A stretch of 64,000 nt of DNA from the NCBI GenBank assembly GCA_021774255.1, contig JAJFJF010000009.1:1658-65657 (forward strand), read 5' to 3'. The translations under genes and the position numbers were made by a program. The notes under the pieces were generated by a model that saw nothing but the letters and a program-made list of their open reading frames with translations, had not been told where the DNA came from and did no database searches. This DNA comes from Gammaproteobacteria bacterium. GTDB taxonomy: Bacteria; Pseudomonadota; Gammaproteobacteria; JAJFJF01. Positions 9,940 through 20,713 of this stretch are shown here, piece by piece. Every line of letters starts with the position of its first letter. The first letter of the stretch is position 1.

Positions 9940-10872
9940 CTATTTCTCTCTTGTGCTAACAAGCTGAGCCAGGTGTCTTAGCCTGTCGGCACGCTCGTCA
10001 AAGCCGCTCAGCGCGTCAATGGCTTGCTGGCAGAGTTGTTGTGCTTGATGTTGTGCCGCTGCTAGCCCGAGCAAGTCAACGTAAGTGGTTTTGTGTTGCT
10101 CGGCGTCACTGCCTTGTGGCTTGCCAAGCGTTGCGCTGTTGCTCACAACATCGAGTACATCATCTTGGATTTGAAAAGCCAAGCCAATCGCTTGCGCATA
10201 CTGTTCAAGCTGTGTTAACTGCGCTTCTGTGATAGTGGCACAAGCTAATGCGCCACAGCGCACGCTGGCGGCAATCAGCGCCCCGGTTTTTTGTTGGTGA
10301 ATGTGTTCAAGCGTGTTGAGTTCAATTTTTTGTGTGGTTGCCGCCAAATCATTTGCTTGACCGGCTACCATGCCTTGCGCGCCGCTGGCCTTGGCTAAAG
10401 TGTGTGTCATGGCCAATTGCTGCGCGGGTGTCAGCTGCGTGTGTGGGGCGGTTAATATTTCAAACGCGAAACTTTGCAGTGCGTCGCCAGCAAGAATGGC
10501 GGTCGCTTCATCAAACGCACGGTGGCAGCTGGCTTGGCCGCGGCGTAAGTCGTCATTGTCCATCGCAGGCAAGTCATCGTGAATAAGTGAGTAGCTGTGG
10601 ATTAATTCAACTGCGCAAGCGGGGGTGTCGAGCACCGCGGCAGGCGCACCGCATGCATGGCCTGTGGCATAAACGAGTGCGGGGCGGAGGCGTTTGCCAC
10701 CAGATAGCGTGGCATAGCGCATGGCATCCGCCAATCGAGGCGCTGTGCCCTTGGCAACATGCTGGTTAAAGAAGGTGGTCAGGGCTTGCTGTACACGGGT
10801 GTGGCAGGTGGCCAGGTAAGTTGGAAAATCAAGCGGTGCTTTAGTGGTCGTCGAAGTCATCGTCATCGTCAT
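9940..10872 (-). CDS. ispA: Farnesyl diphosphate synthase (geranyltranstransferase)
   Basis: Has [17 protein letters not shown] (FARM) and FQIQDDVLD (SARM), in the xseB-ispA arrangement. The start is uncertain: ATGs at 10872/10866/10860 overlap the xseB tail, and the track ORF extends to 10914. Confidence 0.85.
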   Translation of the reverse strand: MTMTMTSTTTKAPLDFPTYLATCHTRVQQALTTFFNQHVAKGTAPRLADAMRYATLSGGKRLRPALVYATGHACGAPAAVLDTPACAVELIHSYSLIHDDLPAMDNDDLRRGQASCHRAFDEATAILAGDALQSFAFEILTAPHTQLTPAQQLAMTHTLAKASGAQGMVAGQANDLAATTQKIELNTLEHIHQQKTGALIAASVRCGALACATITEAQLTQLEQYAQAIGLAFQIQDDVLDVVSNSATLGKPQGSDAEQHKTTYVDLLGLAAAQHQAQQLCQQAIDALSGFDERADRLRHLAQLVSTREK

Positions 10873-11125
10873 CGTCGAGATCGTCGTCATACTCACCAAA
10901 AGGCTCAGGTTCACCGTGTTCGTCTAATAATATTTTTACTTTTTGCTCGGCGGTCTCTAACGCTTGCTGGCAGTCCCGGGTCAGCGCGATCCCCCGTTCA
11001 AACTCTGCTAAAGAGGTTTCAAGATCTAACTCGCCTTTTTCTAATCGGGCTACCAGCTTTTGCAGCGTAGAGAGCGATTTTTCGAAAGAGGGGGCTTTTG
11101 TTTCAGAGGATGGTTTTTTTGCCAT
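10841..11125 (-). CDS. xseB: Exodeoxyribonuclease VII small subunit with poly-Asp C-terminal tail
   Basis: 94 aa. [33 protein letters not shown] matches the XseB core. The tail is [17 protein letters not shown]. Confidence 0.85.
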   Translation of the reverse strand: MAKKPSSETKAPSFEKSLSTLQKLVARLEKGELDLETSLAEFERGIALTRDCQQALETAEQKVKILLDEHGEPEPFGEYDDDLDDDDDDDFDDH

Positions 11126-11343
11126 AAGTAGGTTAAATGTTTAGGTATAAAGAACAACGAATGCTGATAGCCAGTATACGATGTTGGGTCTCTTTTTGAA
11201 AGAATCGAAAATTCAATACTTATTCAAATTCTTTAATGTCTGCTCGCCTAACAAGAAGTCAGGCATTTAACTTATGTTTTCTGTTTTTTTTGGTGACCTT
11301 GGGGAAAGGATTTTGCTTCGGAGAGGAGAACTTTTTTGTAGAA

Positions 11344-12537
11344 TCAGTAAAGTAGATCGATTTCGTCTAAGCAAGTGACGACTTGTAAAATAGAGGGTGC
11401 GTGAGGAGCGTGTTTTTGTGTATCAAGCAGCCATTCGATAATACTGTCTGGCATGGATTGCAGGTGCTCAATATCCTGCGATATTTTTTGTAGTTGTGCC
11501 TCTCTCATCGCCCACAAATTGTGTTTGCTATAGATCTCTTCTTTTTTGCTTAACCCCACTACAAAGTTAGCGTGCACAACACGAGGTCGGTGGAATTCAA
11601 AAATGGACATCCACTCCTCTCGACCTGGGTAAAAATAACGGCCAACCGCAGCATCAGGAATGGGTAAGTAATGTATTTTTAGGTGGCTTTGTAATTCATC
11701 ATCAGCTAAACCAGGGTTGTAGCTACCTACACTCAGTATTTCTTGTAAGATAGCCTGATCATGCCAGTCTTTTTTGTTCTCTCCTACGTTATAGTCGTAT
11801 GTGTCAACAATCAGCTTCATCAGCTTTATCGTGTTAGAGGTGTTACGGGCTAGGTAAAAGCCGGTGTTGCCTACATCGGCGCATTCAGTAGCAAGATAAC
11901 TGCGGTCTGTTGCACAATTGCCAACGAGGTTATCCACCATGATTTCTAGATCAGCTTCCTCTCGAGAGAGGAAAAGATCGCGAGGGTCTTCAAGCCAGGA
12001 CACATCCGCATCCGTTAAAAGCACATCAAACCCTTCACGCAATATGTTAGCGATGACACGAGGTTTTTCCACTGTCATTTGTGCATAATTTCCTTCTACA
12101 AAAGCAATTGCTCCGCTAGAGTAGTGAGTAACGCCACGCAAAGAAGCAACATGGGCACGCCCAACATGTTGATTGAGACAGACTTCGGCTCGTTCGTCTA
12201 TTGCTAAAAAGATAAAATGTCTTACCCCGAGGGTTCGAAATTGTGTTGCTAGGTTTGCGGAGAACTTGCAGAATGCCAAGTTTGAAAAAGAAAGAATGAC
12301 ACGGCCGTCTTCTGCTTGTTTGCTAATAGCTGCGTTCATGTTCTGAGGCCGCTCAGACCACGGCTCTTTTGCGGGATCGACTACGCGATCTTTTACTTCT
12401 TCACACCATCTGCCCGGAACGGCGACAATAAAAAATAGCAGGTAAAAGAAGACTGCGTTGTGCATTATTTTATTAGCTAGAGGGTCAACTATCTTCTGAA
12501 GAGGCGTTCTTTTTCTTCTAGAGATATAGCGTAACAT
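11344..12537 (-). CDS. Type-II-anchored nucleotide-diphospho-sugar transferase (Nucleotid_trans/PF03407-like, plant/protist Golgi type)
   Basis: 397 aa. N-terminal basic stretch plus TM (NAVFFYLLFFIVAVPG). LLTDADVSWLEDPRDLF is a DxD-type motif, followed by GNTGFYLARN and DQAILQEIL blocks. Family assignment is from memory of PF03407 motifs. Confidence 0.55.
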   Translation of the reverse strand: MLRYISRRKRTPLQKIVDPLANKIMHNAVFFYLLFFIVAVPGRWCEEVKDRVVDPAKEPWSERPQNMNAAISKQAEDGRVILSFSNLAFCKFSANLATQFRTLGVRHFIFLAIDERAEVCLNQHVGRAHVASLRGVTHYSSGAIAFVEGNYAQMTVEKPRVIANILREGFDVLLTDADVSWLEDPRDLFLSREEADLEIMVDNLVGNCATDRSYLATECADVGNTGFYLARNTSNTIKLMKLIVDTYDYNVGENKKDWHDQAILQEILSVGSYNPGLADDELQSHLKIHYLPIPDAAVGRYFYPGREEWMSIFEFHRPRVVHANFVVGLSKKEEIYSKHNLWAMREAQLQKISQDIEHLQSMPDSIIEWLLDTQKHAPHAPSILQVVTCLDEIDLLY

Positions 12538-12547
12538 TGGTATGTAG

Positions 12548-12584
12548 GTTACTTACACCTGACTGTTAGCCTATATCTTTAGAA
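12548..12584 (+). promoter_or_regulatory. Shared promoter-like module (CTTAC-N8-GTTAG-N3-TATAT) upstream of the sulfotransferase-like gene
   Basis: GTTACTTACACCTGACTGTTAGCCTATATCTTTAGA is very close to the copy at 61248-61284 and alignable with the cassette modules. Confidence 0.5.
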
Positions 12585-12638
12585 TGAAAAGCACTTAACT
12601 TGTCACAGTCGCCAGTTTATTTTTTTACTCAAATTGAG

Positions 12639-15494
12639 ATGGCTAAGAGGGCTGCTTTTTTGTGCGTGCTCTTCCTTTCTTTTGCTTGCGCCATGAGGCC
12701 AAGTGAAAACGATACACCAGAGAAAGCAGATGATCTTTCAACCAAGTGCCGCGCAGCTCGGCATGCTCTCAGCGCAGGCGCAGGTTTGTTGGATCTGGCT
12801 ATGCCAGAAACAGGGGGCACGGTACGACGACGTTTGTATGATGAAATTTTGTCAGGGACCTCCCAAAGACAATTTAAGCCATCGTTCGATTGCAACCCTT
12901 CTGCACCACTGATTATTGGTGATTGCGATTGTTGCTATCGATGCGGTGCTTATGGGCGGCATTTGCCGTTATCAGCCTTAATCAATTGTGCAATACGGGC
13001 ACCGGGCATTAAGTCAATATTGGAAAAGAACAAATTGTTTGTCACAGCCTTCTTGCAGAACCCTATTATACGTGTTGTTGCTGAGTACCGGCGTTCTGCA
13101 GGCTTGTTGCCATTGTCTGGGAATGTGCAAGACTCCCCTGCCATAGCACATGGCTTGAAAAAAAATGTCTCATCATTAGAAAGTTTCGTCACGTCAGAGG
13201 ATTGTCTGGCAAATAATCGACAGACGTGGATGTTAGCTTGGGATCAAGAACTTTCTGCCACTGTCATGCAAGGTAACTATTTGACTCGTCGCGAATTGCG
13301 GCGTTTCGCTTTTAATGGTGGACTTGATTTTTGGGATCGTTACTGTGGTGAAAATGGTGAGGTGGCCAGTTGCCTTGATGAAAGTACGGATTTGCTTGAT
13401 GCTGCACTGGGTCATTTGCGGAAAACGACATTTTTTGGGCTTGCTGATCAGTTGTCACGTTCTCAGGAGCTGTTTCATTGGACATTCAAAAATACCTTCT
13501 TTGATAAAACCTCTTTGGTGAGGGCAACTGAAAAGCTTCAAAAAAAAATCAGCTTGATTGAGGCGAGTATTACGTCAGAAGAGCGGCAGATGGTTGAGGC
13601 ATATAACCATTTGGATATGCTTTTGTACGATAAGGCAAAAAAAATCTTTGAGAAAAGATATGCGCTCATGAAGCGCTGTCAGGCTGCTGAGGCGACCATG
13701 GCTGTAGAGGATAAGAAAAGGCCGTATCAGAATGGTACTGCGCCTAGGGACTTGCCGATAGGCCCAAAATTTGACATGAGTAACATCACGGTTTCAGCAC
13801 TGCAGGATGTGGATGATAGGCGATGTCGTTTGATGCCGCCGCCCCCTCGCGTGCTACCGCCAAAATCCTCAAACAATAAGTATTGCCGAGAGCATATCAA
13901 AACAAGAACAGGGTTGGGCTTTGAAATGATAGAAGTCGTGCCGTATGCCTATTCTTTATATACAAAAGGATTGCTGTGTTCAACAGAAAGTGCATATGGT
14001 TCTAAAGCGCTTTATTTTTTCTCACCTCAACATAAAGAGCTAAACAAAGATCGCAGCATCACGTGGGAGCAAGAAAATATTCCGACAATAAAGCACCATC
14101 ATACCAATTTTTCTGAGTGGCTTGCGCCGCCCTATAAGCAACATTATTGCAATGAGGAGTTTGTCTATAACCGCCCTATATTGTTTATCGGCAATAAATA
14201 TAGTGTGGAGTGGGCGGGTCATGCACCAATCAATACATTGAATGAGGCGGTATTGCGTAGGCTTTTTGAATTGCTTGCAGTGCATTATCAAATTATTTAC
14301 TGGCGCCCTTATGATTTTGAATTTTCTGATCCGGCGTCTTTCTTCCTTCATGATTGGCGTGCGGACTTTGACCTGATTGAGGAATGGAATGAAGCATTCC
14401 CTTCTGCCAGCGTGTTAACCATACAGAGTTTGTTAGCGCAGCATAGCACATTTAATCTCAATGAAATTTTGTTTCGGGTATTGGCCAATACCGACAGGTT
14501 CATTAATGTGAAAGGAGGCAATGCTGTCATGACTAACTTCTTTAGCGGTGTGCAACTGCTGTACGTTGAAAGGAGTGCGCTTACCCGGGAAGAAGCCAAA
14601 GAAGAGTTTCCCTATTATACGCACTCTGAAATACATGTTGTCAAAACGTATGAGCGCTTGCTTGAAAAAGCAAAAATGCTATTTGCTCCCACAGCCACAT
14701 TGCCGCCGCCCATCTTCGCCGCCGATTTGCCACTGGCGAAACGGTTTTTGTATCTTGCATTCGTAGAAGCGGAACCTTCACCTGCATTGCTGGAAATTGA
14801 TGCGCGAGAAGATGCTGATTTGCTTGTACTATCGTCAGAATATCGTTCTCACCGAACGGATGTTTATCTCTCTCAAGCAAGCTGGAGCTCAGGCCGTAAC
14901 GCACTATACCGTGCTGCTCAAGAAATTGAACGGCGCCGAGGCTTTCCTTATGACTATCATATCTACACAGATGATGTGACTTTAAAAGCCAAAGAAAGTC
15001 GCGATCCTTTTCGATGGTGGCACAAATTTTTGCTTAAACACAAGCCTCCCATTGGCGTTGTTCGTTCTATTGATGAAGAAGTGAATGACAGTGTGGAACG
15101 TGTTAGTAGAGTATTACGCTTTAGCAAGCAGTTCATTGCTATCCGTGTTGATGCGCGAGAAAAGTTATTGCCTTACAGCGGAAAATTTGAAAACACAGAC
15201 ACACGTTTGCCGCATGCTATTTTTTCTCATGAAGCAGAGCTACTGTATCCACAGCAGGTGCTGCAGCTTGAACATATTCAAGCAAAGAGTGTATCAAGCG
15301 GTGGGGTTGCGTCAGCAAGAAAAACACAAGAGCCTGATTGGGAACTTGCAGCACAATATGTGCTTGGAGAGATGGAGGAAAGAGGGTTGCAGTGCACACT
15401 TTACCCCTTTAAATCTAATAGGACATGGCCATTTGATGCTAATAATACCGCCGCTCCCTGTCAGCCAAACAAAGAAGGCGTTGCGTTTGACTAG
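12639..15494 (+). CDS. Large multi-domain protein with signal/anchor and N-terminal Golgi-type sulfotransferase-like motifs; remaining ~600 aa of unknown function
   Basis: The track ORF starts at a TTG at 12600. The ATG at 12639 gives the signal/anchor MAKRAAFLCVLFLSFACA. MPETGGTVRRRL resembles the 5'-PSB loop (xxKTGGT) and NPIIRVVAEYRR resembles the RDPxxRxxSxY 3'-PB motif of Sulfotransfer_2 enzymes. Confidence 0.45.
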   Translation: MAKRAAFLCVLFLSFACAMRPSENDTPEKADDLSTKCRAARHALSAGAGLLDLAMPETGGTVRRRLYDEILSGTSQRQFKPSFDCNPSAPLIIGDCDCCYRCGAYGRHLPLSALINCAIRAPGIKSILEKNKLFVTAFLQNPIIRVVAEYRRSAGLLPLSGNVQDSPAIAHGLKKNVSSLESFVTSEDCLANNRQTWMLAWDQELSATVMQGNYLTRRELRRFAFNGGLDFWDRYCGENGEVASCLDESTDLLDAALGHLRKTTFFGLADQLSRSQELFHWTFKNTFFDKTSLVRATEKLQKKISLIEASITSEERQMVEAYNHLDMLLYDKAKKIFEKRYALMKRCQAAEATMAVEDKKRPYQNGTAPRDLPIGPKFDMSNITVSALQDVDDRRCRLMPPPPRVLPPKSSNNKYCREHIKTRTGLGFEMIEVVPYAYSLYTKGLLCSTESAYGSKALYFFSPQHKELNKDRSITWEQENIPTIKHHHTNFSEWLAPPYKQHYCNEEFVYNRPILFIGNKYSVEWAGHAPINTLNEAVLRRLFELLAVHYQIIYWRPYDFEFSDPASFFLHDWRADFDLIEEWNEAFPSASVLTIQSLLAQHSTFNLNEILFRVLANTDRFINVKGGNAVMTNFFSGVQLLYVERSALTREEAKEEFPYYTHSEIHVVKTYERLLEKAKMLFAPTATLPPPIFAADLPLAKRFLYLAFVEAEPSPALLEIDAREDADLLVLSSEYRSHRTDVYLSQASWSSGRNALYRAAQEIERRRGFPYDYHIYTDDVTLKAKESRDPFRWWHKFLLKHKPPIGVVRSIDEEVNDSVERVSRVLRFSKQFIAIRVDAREKLLPYSGKFENTDTRLPHAIFSHEAELLYPQQVLQLEHIQAKSVSSGGVASARKTQEPDWELAAQYVLGEMEERGLQCTLYPFKSNRTWPFDANNTAAPCQPNKEGVAFD

Positions 15495-15708
15495 TTGCTA
15501 AGAGATGCCGCCTTTGCGACGGGTCTTTCAACGTGCATTTCCCTCCATATCAAAACCAAGGTTAGTGTACTACTGGCCGCTACCCCTTTGATACCGGAGC
15601 TGTTGCACTTGGAAATTGAATCCAAGATTCAAAAAAAACCTATTTGCAAGTTATTTAAATTACTTAATCTGTCAAAAGAAAAAAATGCAGTTTGAACAGC
15701 GTAACCGG

Positions 15709-15738
15709 TTGACATTTGGTTAGGCCTGCAGGCAGAAT
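15709..15738 (+). promoter_or_regulatory. Candidate sigma70 promoter of the tRNA-tuf cluster (TTGACA-N18-CAGAAT, GC-rich discriminator)
   Basis: Perfect -35 TTGACA at 15709-15714. CAGAAT follows 18 nt downstream, then GGTGGGC. It lies about 40 nt upstream of tRNA-Tyr. Confidence 0.4.
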
Positions 15739-15775
15739 GGTGGGCTTAATTTTTAATGGGATTCTGTAGCTTTGC

Positions 15776-15860
15776 GGAGGGGTTCCCGAGTGGTCAAAGG
15801 GATCAGACTGTAAATCTGACGGCTCCGCCTTCGGAGGTTCGAATCCTCCCCCCTCCACCA
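15776..15860 (+). tRNA. tRNA-Tyr (GTA)
   Basis: Acceptor GGAGGGG/CCCCTCC, anticodon loop CTGTAAA, long variable arm, T-arm GGTTCGAATCC, encoded CCA. Confidence 0.9.
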
Positions 15861-15974
15861 TATTTGCCTAGGCGGGTATCGGTGGTTAATCTGGTTGATA
15901 AGCCAGGTTGCAAGGTGGAAATTTCAGAACAAGATGATTTTTAAAGGATTTTTTTGCAGGACGCTAAGAGTAAG

Positions 15975-16048
<74 letters not shown>

Positions 16049-16055
16049 GAGCGAC

Positions 16056-16131
<76 letters not shown>

Positions 16132-16211
16132 CTTTACTTAATAATAAGTGTAAGCACGTTAGAAACGATTTTGATTAATTTAGGATAATTTTTTTCGGAG
16201 GGTAACTCAAA

Positions 16212-17402
<1,191 letters not shown>

Positions 17403-17417
17403 AGCGAGTTAGTTTTT

Positions 17418-17493
17418 AGGCCAGTAGCTCAATTGGCAGAGCGGCGGTCTCCAAAACCGCAGGTTGGGGGTTCGATTCCCTCCTGGCCTGCCA
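17418..17493 (+). tRNA. tRNA-Trp (CCA)
   Basis: Acceptor AGGCCAG/CTGGCCT, anticodon loop CTCCAAA, T-loop GGTTCGATTCC, encoded CCA. Canonical position before secE. Confidence 0.9.
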
Positions 17494-17561
17494 TTAAGAG
17501 GCTAGCAGCGCAAGCAGTAATGGGCTGTAGTTGGCATAAGATAATAGAGTAAAGGCGCGTC

Positions 17562-17939
17562 ATGAATGCACAGAGCGAACAGCAAGATTCTTCACTAGAC
17601 CCACTTAAGTGGGTCTTGGTGGGGGCGTTAATTGTTGTTGGGGTCATTGGAAACCGATACTTTTCTGACGTTTCCGTTTTATTACGTGTTGTTGTGTTAT
17701 TAGGCTTAGCGATTGCGGCAGGCTTTATTGCCTTGCAGACAAGCAAAGGCCGACGTGGCTGGGCATTTGCATTGCAAGCCCGCACTGAAATGCGGAAAGT
17801 CGTTTGGCCGGCGCGCCCTGAAGTGCTGCAAACCACCTTGATGGTCGTGGTCATGGTCGTGGTGATGGCGCTCATTTTATGGGGGCTAGACGCTTTATTT
17901 TTCCGGTTAATTGCATGGTTGACGGGGCAAGGGGGCTAA
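17562..17939 (+). CDS. secE: Preprotein translocase subunit SecE
   Basis: 125 aa with three hydrophobic helices and a conserved ..VVWP.. segment. Position is tRNA-Trp-secE-nusG. Confidence 0.9.
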   Translation: MNAQSEQQDSSLDPLKWVLVGALIVVGVIGNRYFSDVSVLLRVVVLLGLAIAAGFIALQTSKGRRGWAFALQARTEMRKVVWPARPEVLQTTLMVVVMVVVMALILWGLDALFFRLIAWLTGQGG

Positions 17940-17944
17940 GCGCA

Positions 17945-18487
17945 GTGGCTGAAGTCGAAAAACGATGGTACGTCGTGCATGCCCGCTCTGGGTTTGAAAA
18001 GCAGGTCGTCAAATCTTTGCAAGATCGTATTCGTCACGAGGGTGTTGAAGACAAGTTTGGTCAGATTTTAGTCCCGACTGAAGAAGTGGTTGAAATGCGC
18101 GCGGGCCAAAAGCGCAAAAGTGAGCGGAAATTTTTCCCCGGTTATGTATTAGTACATATGGAAATGGACGATGCGGTTTGGCATTTAGTTCGCAATGTCC
18201 CCAACGTACTGGGCTTCATTGGCGGCACGAGTGATCGCCCCACGCCTATCAGTGACGCGGAAGCCGCTTCTATCTTGCAGCAAGTACAAGCGGGTGTTGA
18301 AAAACCACGGCCGAAAACATTATTTGAACCCGGCGAAATGGTGCGTGTTAAAGATGGACCCTTTGCTGACTTCAATGGCGTGGTGGAAGAAGTCAATTAT
18401 GAGAAGAGTCGCGTGAAGGTGGCCGTGCTTATTTTCGGGCGTTCAACGCCGGTCGAATTAGAATTTAGTCAGGTTGAAAAAGGGTAA
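17945..18487 (+). CDS. nusG: Transcription termination/antitermination factor NusG
   Basis: A GTG start gives [21 protein letters not shown]. There is a KOW motif near the C-terminus. The track start at 17879 would overlap secE by 61 nt. Confidence 0.9.
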   Translation: MAEVEKRWYVVHARSGFEKQVVKSLQDRIRHEGVEDKFGQILVPTEEVVEMRAGQKRKSERKFFPGYVLVHMEMDDAVWHLVRNVPNVLGFIGGTSDRPTPISDAEAASILQQVQAGVEKPRPKTLFEPGEMVRVKDGPFADFNGVVEEVNYEKSRVKVAVLIFGRSTPVELEFSQVEKG

Positions 18488-18495
18488 AGAGTGTC

Positions 18496-18927
18496 ATGGC
18501 AAAAAAAGTGACTGGATATATCAAGCTGCAAGTAAAAGCAGGCGAAGCGAATCCGAGTCCGCCAGTGGGACCTGCATTGGGTCAGCACGGCGTGAATATT
18601 ATGGATTTTTGCAAAGCGTTTAATGCAGAAACTCAGAATGTTGAAAAAGGGCTGCCCATCCCCGTTGTGATCACGGTTTACAGCGACAGAAGTTTTTCCT
18701 TTGTCACCAAAACACCGCCTGCATCCATTTTGCTTAAAAAGGCAGCGGGTGTCCCCAAAGGCAGTGGTGTTCCCCACACTGATAAAGTGGGCAAGGTGAC
18801 GCGTGAAAAAGTAGAAGAAATTGCAAAAATGAAAGAACCCGATTTGTCGGCAGGTGACTTAGAAGCCGCGGTACGCACCATTGCGGGCAGTGCACGCAGC
18901 ATGGGCATTGACGTGGAGGGCTTGTAA
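18496..18927 (+). CDS. rplK: 50S ribosomal protein L11
   Basis: Translation is recognisably L11 ([31 protein letters not shown]). Canonical operon position. Confidence 0.97.
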   Translation: MAKKVTGYIKLQVKAGEANPSPPVGPALGQHGVNIMDFCKAFNAETQNVEKGLPIPVVITVYSDRSFSFVTKTPPASILLKKAAGVPKGSGVPHTDKVGKVTREKVEEIAKMKEPDLSAGDLEAAVRTIAGSARSMGIDVEGL

Positions 18928-18929
18928 TC

Positions 18930-19628
18930 ATGGCAACACTTTCAAAACGTGCGAAGGCAACCGCAGAGAAAATTGAAATCGGTAAATTGTATCCTGTTAT
19001 AGATGCACTGAATCTCTTAAAAAAATTAGCAACGTCTAAGTTTAATGAAGCCGTTGATATCAGCATTAATTTAGGTGTGGACGCGCGCAAATCTGACCAA
19101 GCAGTTCGCAGCGCAACGGTATTACCGAATGGCACGGGCCGGACAGTCCGCGTGGCCGTTTTTGCACAAGGTGAACAAGCCGATGCAGCGACGGCAGCAG
19201 GTGCCGATATTGTGGGTTTTGAAGATTTAGCAGAATCCGTTAAGGCCGGCAATCTTGATTTTGATGTGGTGATTGCCACACCCGATGCCATGCGTTTAGT
19301 GGGGCAGTTAGGGCAAGTATTGGGTCCGCGTGGCTTAATGCCTAATCCCAAAGTGGGTACCGTGAGCGCAGATGCTGCCACTGCGGTGAAAAATGCTAAG
19401 GCAGGGCAAGTGCGCTACCGCACAGATAAAGCAGGTATTGTGCATTGCACGGTGGGTAAAGCAGATTTTTCTGCCGAAACACTGGCAGAGAACATCAACG
19501 CCTTGTTGGCAGATGTGCAAAAAGCCAAGCCAAGCAGTGCGAAAGGTATTTATATGAAGAAGGTGACCTTATCGACCACCATGGGCCCTGGGCTTGCCAT
19601 TGATAAAGCAAGCTTGAGCATTGCCTAA
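18930..19628 (+). CDS. rplA: 50S ribosomal protein L1
   Basis: Translation is recognisably L1. Follows rplK. Confidence 0.97.
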   Translation: MATLSKRAKATAEKIEIGKLYPVIDALNLLKKLATSKFNEAVDISINLGVDARKSDQAVRSATVLPNGTGRTVRVAVFAQGEQADAATAAGADIVGFEDLAESVKAGNLDFDVVIATPDAMRLVGQLGQVLGPRGLMPNPKVGTVSADAATAVKNAKAGQVRYRTDKAGIVHCTVGKADFSAETLAENINALLADVQKAKPSSAKGIYMKKVTLSTTMGPGLAIDKASLSIA

Positions 19629-19653
19629 CAAAATTTTTTGAGGGGGAGCCGTT

Positions 19654-20172
19654 GTGGCGCTGACATTAGAACAGAAAAAAACGGTTGTTGCTGAAGTGGC
19701 GCAAGAAGCCGCTGTTGCAACCGCACTGATGGGTGCAGAGTACCGTGGTTTGACGGCCAATGAAATGGCAAGTTTGCAAAAAAACGCGCGTGATAAAGGT
19801 GTTTATTTGCGTGTTGTGCCTAATCGTTTAGCCAAACGTGCACTGGAAGAAACAGAATTTACCTGTGTGCAAGATGGCTTAACGGGCCCGCTTATTTTAG
19901 CTTTTTCAAAAGAAGAGCCTAGCGCGTCTGCGCGTCTTTTTAAAGACTTTTCAAAAGAACATGACAAACTGATCGTTAAAATTGTAGCGCTCAGTGGCCA
20001 GCTGCTGGATGCAAGCGATTTGGAAGCGGTAGCAAAACTGCCTACACGCGAAGAGGCAATTGCTCAGTTAATGGCCGTCATGCAAGCGCCAATTGTGAAA
20101 CTCGCCAGAACCATGGCCGAGGTGCCAGGCAAATTTGTGCGGACAATGGCAGCCGTTCGCGACCAAAAATAA
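19654..20172 (+). CDS. rplJ: 50S ribosomal protein L10
   Basis: GTG start. Translation is recognisably L10. Precedes rplL. Confidence 0.95.
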   Translation: MALTLEQKKTVVAEVAQEAAVATALMGAEYRGLTANEMASLQKNARDKGVYLRVVPNRLAKRALEETEFTCVQDGLTGPLILAFSKEEPSASARLFKDFSKEHDKLIVKIVALSGQLLDASDLEAVAKLPTREEAIAQLMAVMQAPIVKLARTMAEVPGKFVRTMAAVRDQK

Positions 20173-20223
20173 GAACATATTACTTTTTCATTTAATTTAG
20201 ACGACAGTTAAGGGGAGTCAACC

Positions 20224-20601
20224 ATGGCCATGACCAACGAAGACATTTTAAATACCGTTTCTGAGATGAGCGTGATGGATATCGTCGAGCTTATCAAGAT
20301 GATGGAAGATAAGTTTGGCGTATCTGCAGCGGCTGCCGTCGCAGCAGCGCCTGCCGCCGCGGGTGGTGAAGCTGCCGCAGCAGAAGAGCAAACAGAATTT
20401 AATGTTGTCATGAGCGCAATAGGCGACAACAAAATTTCTGTGATTAAGGCTGTTCGTGCGATTACCGGTCTAGGCTTGAAAGAAGCAAAAGACATGGTTG
20501 AAAGTGCTCCGGCAGCAGTAAAAGAAGGTGCGAGTAAGGAAGACGCTGAAAACTTTAAGAAACAGCTAGAAGAAGCCGGCGCAACCGTCGAGTTGAAGTA
20601 A
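20224..20601 (+). CDS. rplL: 50S ribosomal protein L7/L12
   Basis: Ala-rich hinge and the [19 protein letters not shown] motif. Confidence 0.97.
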   Translation: MAMTNEDILNTVSEMSVMDIVELIKMMEDKFGVSAAAAVAAAPAAAGGEAAAAEEQTEFNVVMSAIGDNKISVIKAVRAITGLGLKEAKDMVESAPAAVKEGASKEDAENFKKQLEEAGATVELK

Positions 20602-20632
20602 TCAACGCAATTAATTTATAGAACCATGGATT

Positions 20633-20662
20633 GGCTGGTGGAGTTTTTTCACCGGCCTTTTC
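20633..20662 (+). terminator. rplL-rpoB intergenic hairpin plus T-run (attenuator-type partial terminator)
   Basis: GGCTGGTG gagtttttt CACCGGCC followed by TTTT. An attenuator is known at the same position in the E. coli rplJL-rpoBC operon. Confidence 0.55.
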
Positions 20663-20713
20663 CCGTGATGCGTACACTATAAACCCAAGAAGCCCAAGCA
20701 ACTGAGGACTCTA

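Noticed and set aside
15664-15861. 65-aa minus-strand ORF
   Set aside because: It overlaps tRNA-Tyr on the opposite strand and is an artefact of the tRNA sequence.
17879-17944. Upstream-extended starts from the ORF track for nusG (17879), rplE (38028), rplO (41008), rpoA (44661), the RRM protein (6454) and glnII (58669)
   Set aside because: The extensions overlap the preceding gene or add residues not seen in these conserved families. Internal starts give canonical N-termini with better spacing.
18734-19381. 215-aa minus-strand ORF. Similar long antisense ORFs lie at 37048-37587, 28555-29028, 7434-7835 and 23158-23511.
   Set aside because: All lie fully antisense to unmistakable r-protein, RNAP or helicase genes and have no motifs. 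They are chance open frames.
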